DNA of 64,000 nt, taken from positions 10,478,001 through 10,542,000 of the forward strand of contig CP075493.1 of NCBI GenBank assembly GCA_021613535.1, written 5' to 3'. The position numbers and the translations under genes are program-made. The stretch comes from Adineta vaga. Its lineage: Eukaryota; Animalia; Rotifera. Position 1 is the stretch's first letter. Each line of letters begins with the position of its first letter. The notes beneath the pieces are model-generated. The model was not told the DNA's origin. It did no database searches and saw nothing but the letters and a program-made list of their open reading frames with translations. Of the stretch, positions 51,652-64,000 are shown piece after piece.

Positions 51652-53134
51652 ACGATGAACACAACAGCTGTTCTGTTTCTTTTTCTAAAAGTCTGTTCGT
51701 CGTTAACTTACTTCGAGGTAGAAGTAAATGACAATTAATGATTTGAATTTGTTGTTCTTAGAATAATGATGATCTTAGGTGGTGTATACGAATGTATAGA
51801 TGTAAGAAATGAATGTATGTGTATGAGTCTGTAAGAAAGCGAAAGAAATTCTAGTCAAAATGAAAAAACACTTCGCATTTTTTTCTTCTCTCCGCATCTC
51901 TACAGTCGTTGCCGATGTCGTCAAACATCTGAAGAGAAAAAAAAGAGGAGGTTGAGTCGGTAGGAAGAAGAAGAAGAAGAAAAACTGTAGGAAAGGTGAG
52001 ATGGATGGCATAAGCAACATGTGTGTGAGCAAGTAACTATTGTTTCTCTTCTTTCTTTGGCATTTTGATTCAAATGATTACAGATAAAAAGAAATCGACT
52101 TGTTCAAGAGCAAATAAATGTCGATGATTTCATGTTCTTGATTAGAAATTACAAGATCAATATGAAAAAAAGCGACATAAAATATCTTCCACTTGACATG
52201 AATTTAAAACTAACATATGAATGTTGTACTGAAAGTATGAACAAGCAGTAAAAACGAGGTCGAATTTCAAATGTGCTTCTGTCTGGCTCAATAATGATGA
52301 AGTTTTAGAAAAATATCGAAAGGAAAAAGAAAACGACAAGAATAAATTTAACCTTTACATAAAAGACTTTTATTGATGTTCAAATCGATTCGTTTTTCTT
52401 TGAAAAAAAAAGTTTCTTCGATACCGTTGATAATGTTCTTTATCATACTTTACAACGTTTAATCTTTTTCGAGACTTGCACCTTTATAGACATCAATCTT
52501 CTTAAAAGTATAAGTAGTACTTGAATGACAGATTCATTTCATATCATCTATCATGTATAATAACGAAGGAAAAAAAAGGTTAAATAAGTTTATATGACAG
52601 AACTTTCATCTATGTCATATCTTATCAGGTTATATTATATAAAAGACATGTTCAAAAAGTATTTGTAAGAGGTAGAATATTTCTTTTCTACTTCTTTATG
52701 TCATGAATTATGCAGATGCTGTTTCTTCATCTTTTTCGTCACTTCATTTACATATACATTCAATGCTTTTTTTTAAACGAATATATTTATCGTCTTGCTA
52801 TTTGATTCTTCTTACAGGAAAAAGAATATTACCATGACAACATTTCTTCTCTTTCTCAATCAAACTGATTCTAATGATCAATTAGTAAAACGAAAGAAAA
52901 GATAAAACTAGAAAAGTATTCGACAAAAAATATAACCTTGTTAGTTCATCTCATATATAATTTGTCGCATGACGTAGACAGACTCACTCTATATATATAC
53001 TTTGTAATTCTATCTGTTCTTACAGCCATTTGTATTATTATTTATTGTTCAATCTTCGCTCAAAATTTCTTCTTGAAATAAAATATATCATTTATCGTTT
53101 ATTTTATTTATTTTTCAGTCTACATTCTTTCGAA

Positions 53135-53749
53135 TTATGCAAAAAAGATATCTGAGTTTCTTTGATTTTCATCAATAACAGCTGACCATGAACGCCAAAT
53201 ATTTACATTGATAAAATTCGATTCAAATGAATTATTATTTTCATAATCATCTTGAAAAAATATTGATGATGTTTCGTCAGTATTTCGAAGAACAAAATAA
53301 AGTAAAAGAATTTCTCCATAGTTAAATAATTTAAAAAATATTGTTATACCAATTAATGAACTATTCAATATGATATAGAATGAATTGAATGATGATTGTG
53401 TACATAGATAATTCATTTGACCAATTAAAACAAGAAAGCTAACAATAACAATTGCAGTTGCAAATAACGTTGAACAAAAATGAATAAGAATAGCAATCAA
53501 ACAAGCGATAGAATTTCGTCGCCAAATGACTAACCAAATGCTTAACGGTGACATAAGTATAAAAGGAAATGACCAAAAACCAATACCTAATCGATACGGA
53601 CATGTTTGTGTTATTGTTAATGTAATCTGTAGACCTAATATTGCAAGTACACAAACTAATTGAGTTAATGAAAATGAAAAATGTATGAGAACATTTAAAA
53701 TTGATTGAAAATGATATCGAACATGACTATGAACAGGATTCGTTTGCAT
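53135..53749 (-). CDS. Four-TM protein, CD20/MS4A-like
   Basis: Intronless 204-aa ORF with four hydrophobic helices and a GIGFW motif at the start of TM2. Confidence 0.6.
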   Translation of the reverse strand: MQTNPVHSHVRYHFQSILNVLIHFSFSLTQLVCVLAILGLQITLTITQTCPYRLGIGFWSFPFILMSPLSIWLVIWRRNSIACLIAILIHFCSTLFATAIVIVSFLVLIGQMNYLCTQSSFNSFYIILNSSLIGITIFFKLFNYGEILLLYFVLRNTDETSSIFFQDDYENNNSFESNFINVNIWRSWSAVIDENQRNSDIFFA

Positions 53750-54408
53750 TATATTATATCGTTTTCTTTTTTTTTTAAATGATAACAGATCTTGTATGTT
53801 TTATATAATCAAAATAGACTATTGTAAAAGAAAAGGTACATTACTTTCTGCTTGTCCACTTAACAATGAGAAAGAATAAGAAACGAAGAAAGCGAGAAGA
53901 TTGAATAAACAGAATTCATGCTATTAGATTTGATTTGATAAGTGCTTGTCATAGAATAACAATGAACAAATAACTTATTGTGCTTTCTTTTTTTTCTTCT
54001 TGTTAAGTATGATTCAATTAGAAATCATTTTTGTACATATTGAATGAACTGAACAAAATAATATATGCAAATCAGTTGAAGAGACTAATTAAAAAATCAT
54101 TTGAACTTCAATATTTTCTATATGATTATGTTCAATCAATTGTTCATAATGAGAATTTAATATGAATGAATGTTGTTTATGTTTTTTATGCATTTATTAA
54201 CTAGAGATACACACACACACACGCACACACGAACAACAATGAAAATAGGATAGATAAAGGGATTTTTTCTTTATAAGGAAAAAAAGGATTGTTCTTTGAT
54301 CAAAGATAATATACAATGATGCTGACATATAAATGAGAGATAGCGAATGAAATTTATATACAAAATGATGAAGATATTCTCCAAGTCATGTGTGTATTTC
54401 GTTTGATT

Positions 54409-55030
54409 TTAAAAACTAGGTAAACTATCATCTGATCCAAATGTCATAAAATAGATGGTAATCGTTGTAAAAATAACCGCATTTGCTGCCATGATAAAGC
54501 CCATTGAACCAGCATGAATCTAAATGATGTCAAAATGAAATAATTACAAAATGATCGATAAACACTTACGACCGTTGAATGCCACAAAACTACTGGTAAG
54601 CCAAATGCCGAAATAACAATAACACTTGTTATAAACCACATTAAATCTGTACATGGACTTGAGTCATGTGTTCCATAACCACTATCTGATGTACATCGCC
54701 GTCCAATAGCTAATGGAATTGGACAAAGAACATAAAATATAATGACAAATGTTGGGTACCAATTACTTGAATGAAAAAAGACTTCGATAGAAGAAAAGTT
54801 TACATGAATATCAAATACATACTATTGAGCTAATGCACAGCCTAAAATCAATAATGTAAGACCTACTGAAGCCAGAAAAGCCAGAAGAACAACGCTACAT
54901 AATACAAGAATATTTAATAATCGAATTTCAAGATAAGAAATACTTGCCCTAAGAAAACAAAAACAAAAAAAATGTTCATTTTGTTTTCTAAATGTAAATT
55001 TTTACCTTTTATTCCTTGAAAAAATCCCAT
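54409..55030 (-). CDS. LEPROT: LEPROT/OB-RGRP (Vps55 family)
   Basis: [50 protein letters not shown]...FITSVIVISAFGLPVVL. Exons 55030-55006, 54948 (1 nt), 54894-54823, 54765-54569, ~54519-54409. Confidence 0.9.
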
Positions 55031-55151
55031 TATTGAATCAAAATCTGATAACTTTATCTACAAAACAAAACATAGCTTTTTTTTATCGATACAATCGAAA
55101 GAATTGACTAAAGAAAAGTAAACGAAGGAAAAACTGTTCTTTTTTCAAAAA

Positions 55152-55526
55152 TTAATTCCAGGGCCAAGGATTCGTACGATTTTTTCGCATGAGAAATTTA
55201 ATCTTTCGTTCCATATCATTATTATAAATTTCATGTGCTCTAAAAGCAAAAAGAAAGGCTAATAAAATTCTCACAATTCAAATAAAATATTCACATACTT
55301 TTCATAACAAAGTCGACCACGTTTACGAAATGGTTTTTCATATCGTTCCCATAGACGTGCTGTTTTAAAGACTTCTTCATTATTTAGCACACTGAAGGAG
55401 AGAAAATAGTTACATATCTCAAATGATTATTATTTCATACCGGTTTAATGCTCGATAAGCTAAATCTACTTCACCATTTCGAACCCAGACAGTTCGTGCC
55501 AAAAATCTTGAATGAATATTCCACAT
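55152..55526 (-). CDS. MRPS21: Mitochondrial ribosomal protein S21
   Basis: 3 exons: MWNIHSRFLARTVWVRNGEVDLAYRALNRVLNNEEVFKTARLWERYEKPFRKRGRLCYEKAHEIYNNDMERKIKFLMRKNRTNPWPWN*. Confidence 0.92.
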
Positions 55527-55911
55527 CTATCAAATGCTTCACATTTTTCAATTTTGTCTCTCTGCGAAAACGATTGATTATTAACTCTCTTACCTTTGAG
55601 AAATGAACGAGCCAAACGATGAACTATTCGTTAAATAATCTAGAAATTCATGAAAAGAAAACAAATATTTTCGCTCTATATTTCACAAGTTAATTTTAAT
55701 AATCCAAAAGAAAAACGAAAACAATTTATATTATAGAAATTTCCATGATTAACTACTGTACATATAACAAAGAACAAAATTCATAACATATATATATATC
55801 TATCTATATAACTGTACAATATTTATCTTCATTGAAGTTACATTAAATCTGACTATGTCGGAGTATTCATTTGACAATATATACTAGCGGATTTACACAG
55901 AGACAGAAAGA

Positions 55912-56476
55912 TTATGAAGAAGTTAAAGTATTACGATATGGACGGAAAAACGCTCGTTTAACACGATTAGCCAGAGATGGTTTCGTTTTATTTGGTTTCT
56001 AAATATGAAATTGATTAATTAAGACATTTTTTTTAATATACAAAAATCGCTTATACTTTATCAATTGTTGCTGTTGCTGCCGCTGTTTGTTCGTTGTTAT
56101 TTGGCATCGTTTTCAATTCATTAGCTAATCCAGTTGTACTATAAGATTTTCGTCGACGTGATGAATACATTTGATTTTCATTTTCATGAGGAATGATCGA
56201 AGCTGAATGCGTTCGACATAAACGTGCTTTTTTTGTTTCATCGTCTCGTTCTATTTCAGGTGAATGATGATTATTTGTAAATGAAAAACGAAAACGAGAA
56301 CGACGACGTGTCGTCGATGATTTTGATTTCTGTTGATTATTATCATCTGTTTCCATCATCTCAACATCAGATTGTTGATCGTGAGGATGACTACGAAAAC
56401 ATTCTTCAACTTTTCGAGCTAAATCATCATCAAATGTCGATGGATTTGGTATTTGTTGTGTCAATGGTGTATATTT

Positions 56477-56507
<31 letters not shown>

Positions 56508-58242
56508 GAATTCATTGAAGGAACTGGAAGAAGAATGGGTTCACTTGTTGAAGTAGGTGATGTTTCATTCTCTTTTTGTTGATTGATTTTAATTAATTTA
56601 CGACGTGGTGTATCATCGAGTAGATCAGTTGTATCATCAGATGCAGGGCGTTTTGGTGTCTAAATAATTCGATTTTTAAAAAAATGAAATGAATACATCT
56701 TGATTATAAATTTACTCGTATTGGTGTTGATCCATTAGAAATTGGTGTAAGAATATGTTCTTTACGTTGTATACCAACATTTGGTCTTTGTGGCGTTTCA
56801 CCTGTATTCATCATTACTGATGATTGATCACCTTCATTTGTATCTTCCAAACAAGCAGATGCTATATAAAGACAAAATCAATAAGAATTTAAACAAAAAA
56901 ATTGTTGAACATACATGTCGATAATAACATTTGTTTTTTCTTATTTAAAATACATTCACTAAATGGTGGGCCAGGTGGATCGAGCATAACTGTAATACAA
57001 GTTATATTATCTGCACGTAACATTCGTTCTCGCCATAGAACTAATGCTTTTTGAACTAATTCATGTGATGGATTACGAAATGGACGATCATCCTCATCCT
57101 ATTCAATGAATTTGTTAGAAAATAGAATGTTTACAAGAGAATATAATAATCTTTTCAAACCTCAGAATTTAAAATCATTTCTTCAGTTTTAACATCACAA
57201 TTTCGAACAGTTTCTACAGCAACTTCTGGTGTTATCATATTCCATAAACCGTCACTCGCTAATATTAAACAACGATGTTTATTTGGATCAATTTCAATAA
57301 CCGTTAATTCTGGTTCTGGTGATACTGAATATAAATTTGTATGTTTATTTAAACTCCATAGATCACCCAAAGCACGTGAAACAGCTAAAAATGGAATTTG
57401 TTCATATTCAACTGTTGTTTTTATATGTTCATTTCGATAGTAATTCGCTGATGTGATTAGTTTTTGTCGATTCCAAACAACACGATGTACACCAGCTTTA
57501 CAAAGAACATTTCCACCACTTTCACGAATACGTTGTAATTCTGATGGATCTTCTGGTTTATGATCCCGTGTAATACGATTTGCTGTCCAACATTTATACG
57601 ATGTGTCACCTTCACCAATTACTATTGACGAATCTCCAACATGTCCAATATATAATTTATTTCCACGAACAAATATAACACTTGCTGTACAACCTATTAA
57701 ATAGAAAGAAAAATATGCTATATTCGTATGCAATATGAAAAAAAAACAATCTAATTACCGGAAGTACTGGTTAGACCAGATGATGTTTTCGCCCATTTTT
57801 CTACATGATTCCACATCTCCTTATGACATGAAAGAAAACCTTTACGAATTGCTGAAAGAATTTGTTTATCATCGGAAGTATCTGACCAAAATTCATCTTG
57901 TTCAAGAATATGTTGACATAGATGTTGTCGAGCAAATTCTGCTGCTTCTTTACCACCATGACCATCGAATATACCGAAATATGCTAATGATATTGGACTT
58001 TCTTTTTCTGACGGATTTAAACGTTGAAGTGCAATTGCATAAGTATCCTCTACAGGAAAATACACGTACAAATCAAATTGTTGTTTTAATCAGACAGAAA
58101 AAAAGACTTTTCTCTTACCCATATATTTTCGACCACCTATAAGAAAAAGATCAACTGAATTAAAAAACTAAATCAAAGAATTATTCATACCTTGATTACT
58201 ATTTGTAGTAATTCGTAAATTAACTTGAACACAATCACTCAT
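55912..58242 (-). CDS. PPM1D: Protein phosphatase 1D (Wip1, PP2C family)
   Basis: QGGRKYMED, FDGHGG, STSGCTAS, HVGDS, DHKPE, RVVWNR, IPFLAVSRALGDLWS, ILASDGLWNM, RADNITC; disordered C-terminus. Confidence 0.93.
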
Positions 58243-59415
58243 TTTGATCGTTGTATTTTGAGCGAATGATCCTGGAAATCATATGAATTATGTTGAAGGA
58301 TGATCACCAACCAATCCGAACAAAGCAATGCTTCCTTTACTTGAGTGAAAGTTCTTTTTTTCAATTGGATCAATTATCGACCAATACAAAGCAAAGAATA
58401 GAAGATGATAGGGTTGTGATCAATAGCACAATCATCTATGTTATATAAAGGATTGTATTTATTTTTTAAATAATACTTTTAATCGATTCATTTATTTGAT
58501 CAAGATTTGATGCCAATTTAAATAACTATCAAAAATAAACAATACCTTTCGTTTTATTTATAACAGAGAAAACAACTGGTTTGCCGAAGTTTTGTTAAAC
58601 TTATCAAAAACAAAACAGATTAAATAAAGCTTACTATTAGAATATTTTTTTGTGAAATACACAAGCTTTTGTTCTACCGATGGTGAAGCTGATGAACAGT
58701 ATATGAAGAATCTAATTTATATCTCTCTGAGCATAGCTTTAATCGGCAAAAAATAACAAAAATAAAATTTCATATTTCAATTAACTACTATAGCTTGTAA
58801 TTCATTCAGATCTTTCTCAACGATTAAATATAATCAGCATGAATACTTTTGAAATAATACGATTCTGCTTTGTCTTTCGGACAAGGTGATTGTTCTTTAT
58901 TTTAAAGAACAACTTTTCAAAGCTACAGTATCATCATACTTTTCAAGAAAAAGATATAGTGATTTATTCTTTTTCTCTCGAAATCAACAAATTCGACATA
59001 TATTTATTGACCTTTCTTTGTTTCTTCTTATTCATTCAATTTTTAATATCAAGGAAATGAAGAACAGAAAGATACGTGTATCATTTTCACCATTGCTTTG
59101 TTAGTGTTTGTTATTGTCCTGTATTCATCTAGAGTTAGACAACATTTTTTTCGCCGAAAATCAAGTAAGATTGCCTCGAATAGACAGTTAGGAAATGACT
59201 TGTGCCTTCTGTTTTCTTCAGTCTTAATATTCTGACATCTTTTTTACCCTCAAGATATCTAAATGGGACAATTCGTCTCATTTATTGGTATAGGGCAGTA
59301 ACTATTGAGTTCAAATTTGATTCCATTTACTCTCAAATGATTTTCATATTATGAAATGTATTGAACATGAAAGTTTCCGTATTATATATATATGTTCTAT
59401 GTAACGACATACGAA

Positions 59416-60100
59416 ATGACAACATTTGAAATATACGTTTCGTAAAAGCATAATTAAAATTTGACTTACTTCATTTCAGTCTCTGTTAGAAAAAAATCAG
59501 AGACGCTCGAAGAAAGATGTCGTATCTGGAAATGAGTCTTATATGTATCAAATAAGAAGCATTTAATTAATATTTGAATTGAACATTAAAAACAGTGGTT
59601 TTTCTATTTTTAGTTACCAAATGAAATTTTTATCAATATATTCTGCTATTTGTCATGGAATGAAATGTTAATATCATTATGGTCATTGAATAAACGTATT
59701 GATTCTCTTATTTGTTTCATATTTTCAACGAATAAAAATGGAATTGTTTTAAATAATTTAAATTTTTCTTATAAAACATTCTGCGAAATATTATTTCCGT
59801 CAATAGTGAATTCATCGTTACTTTCTTCTAATATTAAATATATATATTTTCAAGGAACTAAATCAATTGCTTTTGATTTTCTTTATCAAAACATTTTTTA
59901 TCATAATGAAAAACAAAACAATCCATTTCCTAATCTTGAATCACTTCACATGACTCGATGTTTATTGTCTCAATCTTTAATTGAAACATTATCTTTTCTT
60001 ATTCAACATCATTCAAAACAACTTACATTAACTTTTAATGAAGATATTTATGAATCATTTCATTATGGACCAGAATTTATGCCAATCGACTCTATTCAAG
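59416..60100 (+). pseudogene. F-box family gene, 3'-truncated
   Basis: Tentative MTTFEIY|LPNEIFINIFCYLSWNEMLISLWSLNKRIDSLI (F-box), open to a donor at 60100/60101. The expected downstream exons were not found. Confidence 0.6.
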
Positions 60101-60809
60101 GTAATTAAAGTATATTTTTCAGACAAAAAAATAGAATTGAGTAAAATTCTTCTCTTTTTTCTTCTGAACAATAAATCAACTTACATAAAAATATAAGAAA
60201 AATAAAAACAGAAATGCTAATGAATTAATATGATTGTTTACGAATAAAATTAATCATATTCAATTGGATTTGATTGGAACTCTAAAATGGAAGAGAAACA
60301 ACGATATTTTATGTCTGATCATATAAAGCATAGTATTTGTTTACAAAAAGATCAATTAATAGAAGATTTTATTTCATAAAAATAGATATAGGTGGATTTT
60401 TGACATTAGGAAACGGAAAATTTGCTATTTATCAATTAGTTCAGAATGCTCGACGGTGATTATATCAATATACGTAAAATATTTCAATATTCTCTTTCTT
60501 TTTCTTTATTATTAATTATTATATTTCGTGTTAAATAGTAGATATATTCATCGACTATTTGTCTCTCTCTCTCTCTCTGTCATATATATATATCAACACG
60601 TGTTATATACATAATAAAGGAAGATGACGATGAAGAAATAAGTAAAAAATCATGTAAAACAAATGTGAACAAACTTGTTCGAAAGAATGTTGAATCTATT
60701 TTTCTATTTGATTCATCAATATAGATATTTTTTTAATAAAAAGAAAATAGAAACATTTTATCTATGTAAATATTTATTTTTAATAACTAATAAAAGAAAG
60801 TTAATTGAT

Positions 60810-63800
60810 AGAATAAGATGGAAAGAATACAATATCATTTAAACGATTTAAAAATTCTGTTGGAAAATATGAATAAACCTTTAAAAAATAAAATTTATTA
60901 TTAAATATTTAGAAAAAAGGACACAAACTTTTTTCATTATTTCATTTTTTATTGATATTATATCTAAATTGTTTGAAATATATTCCTCACCAGTATTAGA
61001 TATAAAAAAATAATTATATTTCAAAAATCAACTATTTCATTATTTTTATACTAAAAGATAATTTATTATAAAGATTTTTATTTGTAAAAATATATTTACT
61101 GTATGATCATCATTAGATAAACCTTCTAATATGAAATACCAAACTTTTGGATCAACTTTTTCAATATGATCAAATAAAATGATGGTATAGGATTGTTGAC
61201 GAACAGCTGTTATCAATGTATCATCATCTTTAAAGTCAATATTATATATAAAGAAATTTAGATTTGAAAGAAAAACGAAAGTTTATTTTTACCTTCTGGT
61301 GTACCAATAGATAAAACTAGTGAATTATCTTTAGTATTTCTCATGTCTAAATAAATCCCATTGATATTGCTTCAGTTAATTGTTATTTTTCAACATCAGT
61401 TGGATCTGGACAAATAAAAAATCAAAAGTTTAGATCGATTTTTTAAAATCGTTGCAATGACAATATCAATTGCATCATTTCGTTCAATCACTTTTTGTAC
61501 ATGTTGACGCAATGTATATAAACGATCTTCTTCTAGTTTAGGTAATAATGATACTGATACACCAGTCCATTGATGAACTAAAAGTTACAAGAATAAATAT
61601 CTTTTCATATATGAATAATAATATTAGATGTAATAGCATAAATAAAATCTTTTTCATTTTCGATATTATTTGACATATTTTCACATGCATTATTGATTAA
61701 TTCTTCAAGAAAGAAAACACAAAATTTCAATAAATCAATTCTTGAAAAATATTTACTAAGTGCTTTATGTGGTAAAAATTGATCTTTTATATATTGATGA
61801 GATAATTCAACAGCAGTAATTAAAGCTGAATCAAGAATTTGAACTAAATGAAAGAATACAAATAAATGCTTTTAAAAACATCAAATAGGTAAATCATACA
61901 ATGAAATTGTGTTTCGATATTATGTCTGAAACTACGTAGAATTGAAACACAAATATTTATTGTTGGTTCTTTCACTAAAACTTGTTGACAATGTTTGTTT
62001 AATATGAGATCTTGTTCAATAAATTTTTTATATTCATTTGATGTTGTCGAACCAATACAAGAAAGTTCATTTTGATCTTGAAATAAATATCTTTATTCCC
62101 AGGTCAAACAATCCGGCTCGGAACCGACAGGTTCCAGCACCTTCCGATGATTTCATGGAAGCAGTGTTCCAGATCGGAATTCATCGGACAAAATCCCTTC
62201 GTTTCTGGTCCTACCCTCACAGAAAACATCGTAACAATGCGGAAAAAACCTAGAATTTCCGCCCGTGGCCAAGAAATAGGAAACCAAAAGGAAACTAGCA
62301 GATCCCAAACACATTTTCAACTACTCTAATCGTTTTCATAGAGGTTTTCAAGAAGATTGATAATCCTCTTTTTAATCCTCTCAAAAATCTTACCATAAAT
62401 GTTTAGGATTGGTAAGTTTCACAGGATTTAGTGGGAAGTTTTCGGCGCCGTCCGGTTCTGTACGCAAATGACGGGTTGAAATAGGATCAGTTTGTTCGGT
62501 TGTTATCGGCTCCAGCTTTAGGAAGTGCTCGGAATGGTTTGAATTTAGGTGGATTAATTTGGAAATTACGGGAAATGTTCGTTTTTCTTACGGTTCCTTT
62601 GAGATACGGCAAACGGTAAAGTGGTTCGTCGGTTTTGTGTTTTCAGTTATTGATGGTTATGTTGGGATCGGTCGGGAAATGGGTGATAGGATTTGTGCGT
62701 GTTTAATGGGATCCCTGTCCGGAGTTTTCCGGTCTGAAATACTGCTTCCAGCTTCGTATGGTTTTCGTTGAGGTTCCGTCGGGATCTGACTGGAACAGGT
62801 TGGAATGCTCCGGAAGGGGCATACTTTCCTTCCGATTCCTTTCGAATCCGGAGGCCGGAACGTCCGTCCTGGGTTAAATTACTAAATCAAATATATGTAC
62901 CTAACATTGATCTAAATAAATTTATTGCATTTATTAGATCTAGAAATAAAAAACAAATCAAATATTTATTTTCAAATCTTTCAAATTTAGTTTCACCTTT
63001 ATTATTAAGAATTAAATGTACATTTTCCATATATAAAATAATATCATCATTTGCAATTTTAATTTTATTCTTTTTTTTTATTGGCATGAAAAATCCCCTT
63101 GACCATGACGGTCCTATAGGGACAATGAGCTTTAGCTACGTATTGGTATTTGTAGAGATAAAATATTTAGATACCAGATAACAAAAAAAGATTTGAAAAA
63201 GGAATAAACTTGAAAAAAAAGATGAGAAAGCGACCAAAGATGAAGCTGTAGCAAAGTAGAAGCAGAACAAAAATTTGCCAAGTGAAAGATTCTAATTGCT
63301 TGAAGAGCAACAAGAAAAAACAATATATATGTATTTATACTCATCTGCTATTCCGTATATTATATAAGAACAAAGGATAGAAGAGAAAAAATGCGGTATC
63401 AAACCCATTCCAAGAGAAAACCACGTTGAGTACATGCAAGAGATATTTTTCTGTGTATGACTTTGTTTCGATTACCATTCTATACTACGTTTTTTTGCTA
63501 ATACATTTCGTTCTCCTTGCTTCTATCCCGTTCCAATTGCAACATAGCCAGTATATCATTTAGTTTCTCATTTTGCATAACAATTTACTGTTCCATTTCA
63601 TGTTTTAATTTAATAACAGATATGTTATTAATTTTTTTTATTCTTTTCGAATTAATATTCATCTATAATGTATGAAAGTAATCTTACTGTTTAAATTATT
63701 CATATTTAATGAAATTAACCGTTTAGGTAATACGGTTGAAACATCTTTATGAAGAAGACTAATTATTTATTAAAATGAAAATTCAAAAAATATTCTTACT

Positions 63801-64000
63801 TGGTGATCAATTAAAATACAATGATTTTTTTGCTAATATTTCACCACATTCTTCAACTTCTTGATCATGACCGAGAACTAAAATAGTGAAATAAATATAT
63901 TGATTCTTTTTAATAATAATTTTTGTACTATGATTAAAATCTTCATATGTATTTCCTTTAATAACATATAAAGATAAATTCACTGAAAATGTAAAATATT
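60810..64000 (-). pseudogene. Degenerate intron-containing ClpB/Hsp104-type (two-NBD Hsp100) gene running off the window end
   Basis: Collinear blocks: VLGHDQEVEEC (~63880), IILYMENVHLIL (~63030), ELSCIGSTTSNEYKKFIEQD...VLVKEPT...SILR...ILDSALITAVELSHQYIKDQFLPHKAL (62070-61760), HQWTGVSVSLL...EEDRL (61575-61520), FLFV/PTDVEK* (~61400), LITAVRQQSYTIILFDHIEKVDP (61220-61150), VDF.NIIIFFISNTG (~61030-60985), FPTEFLNRLNDIVFF (~60865-60820). Several stops and frameshifts. Confidence 0.8.
62098..62873. mobile_element. ~776-bp non-autonomous DNA transposon (CCCAGG...CCTGGG termini) inserted in the ClpB relic
   Basis: Sharp GC rise. Left cccaggtcaaacaatccggc vs right reverse complement cccaggacggacgttccggc (15/20). 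Sub-terminal IR ggaagcagtgttccagatcggaa / ttccggtctgaaatactgcttcc. TTAA on the right flank only. Confidence 0.75.

Noticed and set aside
54208-54230. Microsatellites (CA run here; TTC at ~18915; TGT at ~71)
   Set aside because: Ordinary simple repeats.
60392-60459. Possible terminal exon (GGFLTLGNGKFAIYQLVQNARR*) for the last F-box gene
   Set aside because: In phase, but unlike the family's usual continuation; insufficient evidence.
62038-63181. Several plus-strand ORFs in the GC-rich segment
   Set aside because: They arise from the MITE; no transposase motifs.

Overview
AT-rich eukaryotic DNA with many short (~50-60 nt) GT-AG introns. Gene content and style (expanded F-box families, one-LRR-per-exon gene, compact housekeeping clusters, apparent foreign genes) suggest a bdelloid rotifer; this is an inference. 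The left ~28 kb and the last ~5 kb are high-turnover: a decayed mitochondrial phosphate carrier, an F-box/LRR gene with 17 phase-0 single-repeat exons, three more damaged F-box genes, a full-length Jockey/I-type LINE (polyA, 12-bp TSD, 72-bp tandem array in its 3' UTR) inside an intron, four MITE/foldback elements, MAM and Sar1/Arf-like relics, and a decayed intron-containing two-NBD ClpB/Hsp104-like gene. Intact genes, mostly at 27-58 kb: TEX2-like, a GPCR, cathepsin L, ICE2, PSME3, TMX2, DNAJA1, NAALADL2-like, tRNA-Ala(AGC), an MS4A-like protein, LEPROT/VPS55, MRPS21, PPM1D and three unknown secreted 8-Cys paralogues. Most notable: a predicted 1-nt exon with a GC donor in LEPROT/VPS55, mosaic LRR exon-intron cassettes, the ClpB/Hsp104 relic, and operon-like spacing with donor-less acceptors. 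All splice models were derived by hand and family calls come from motif recognition, not database searches.
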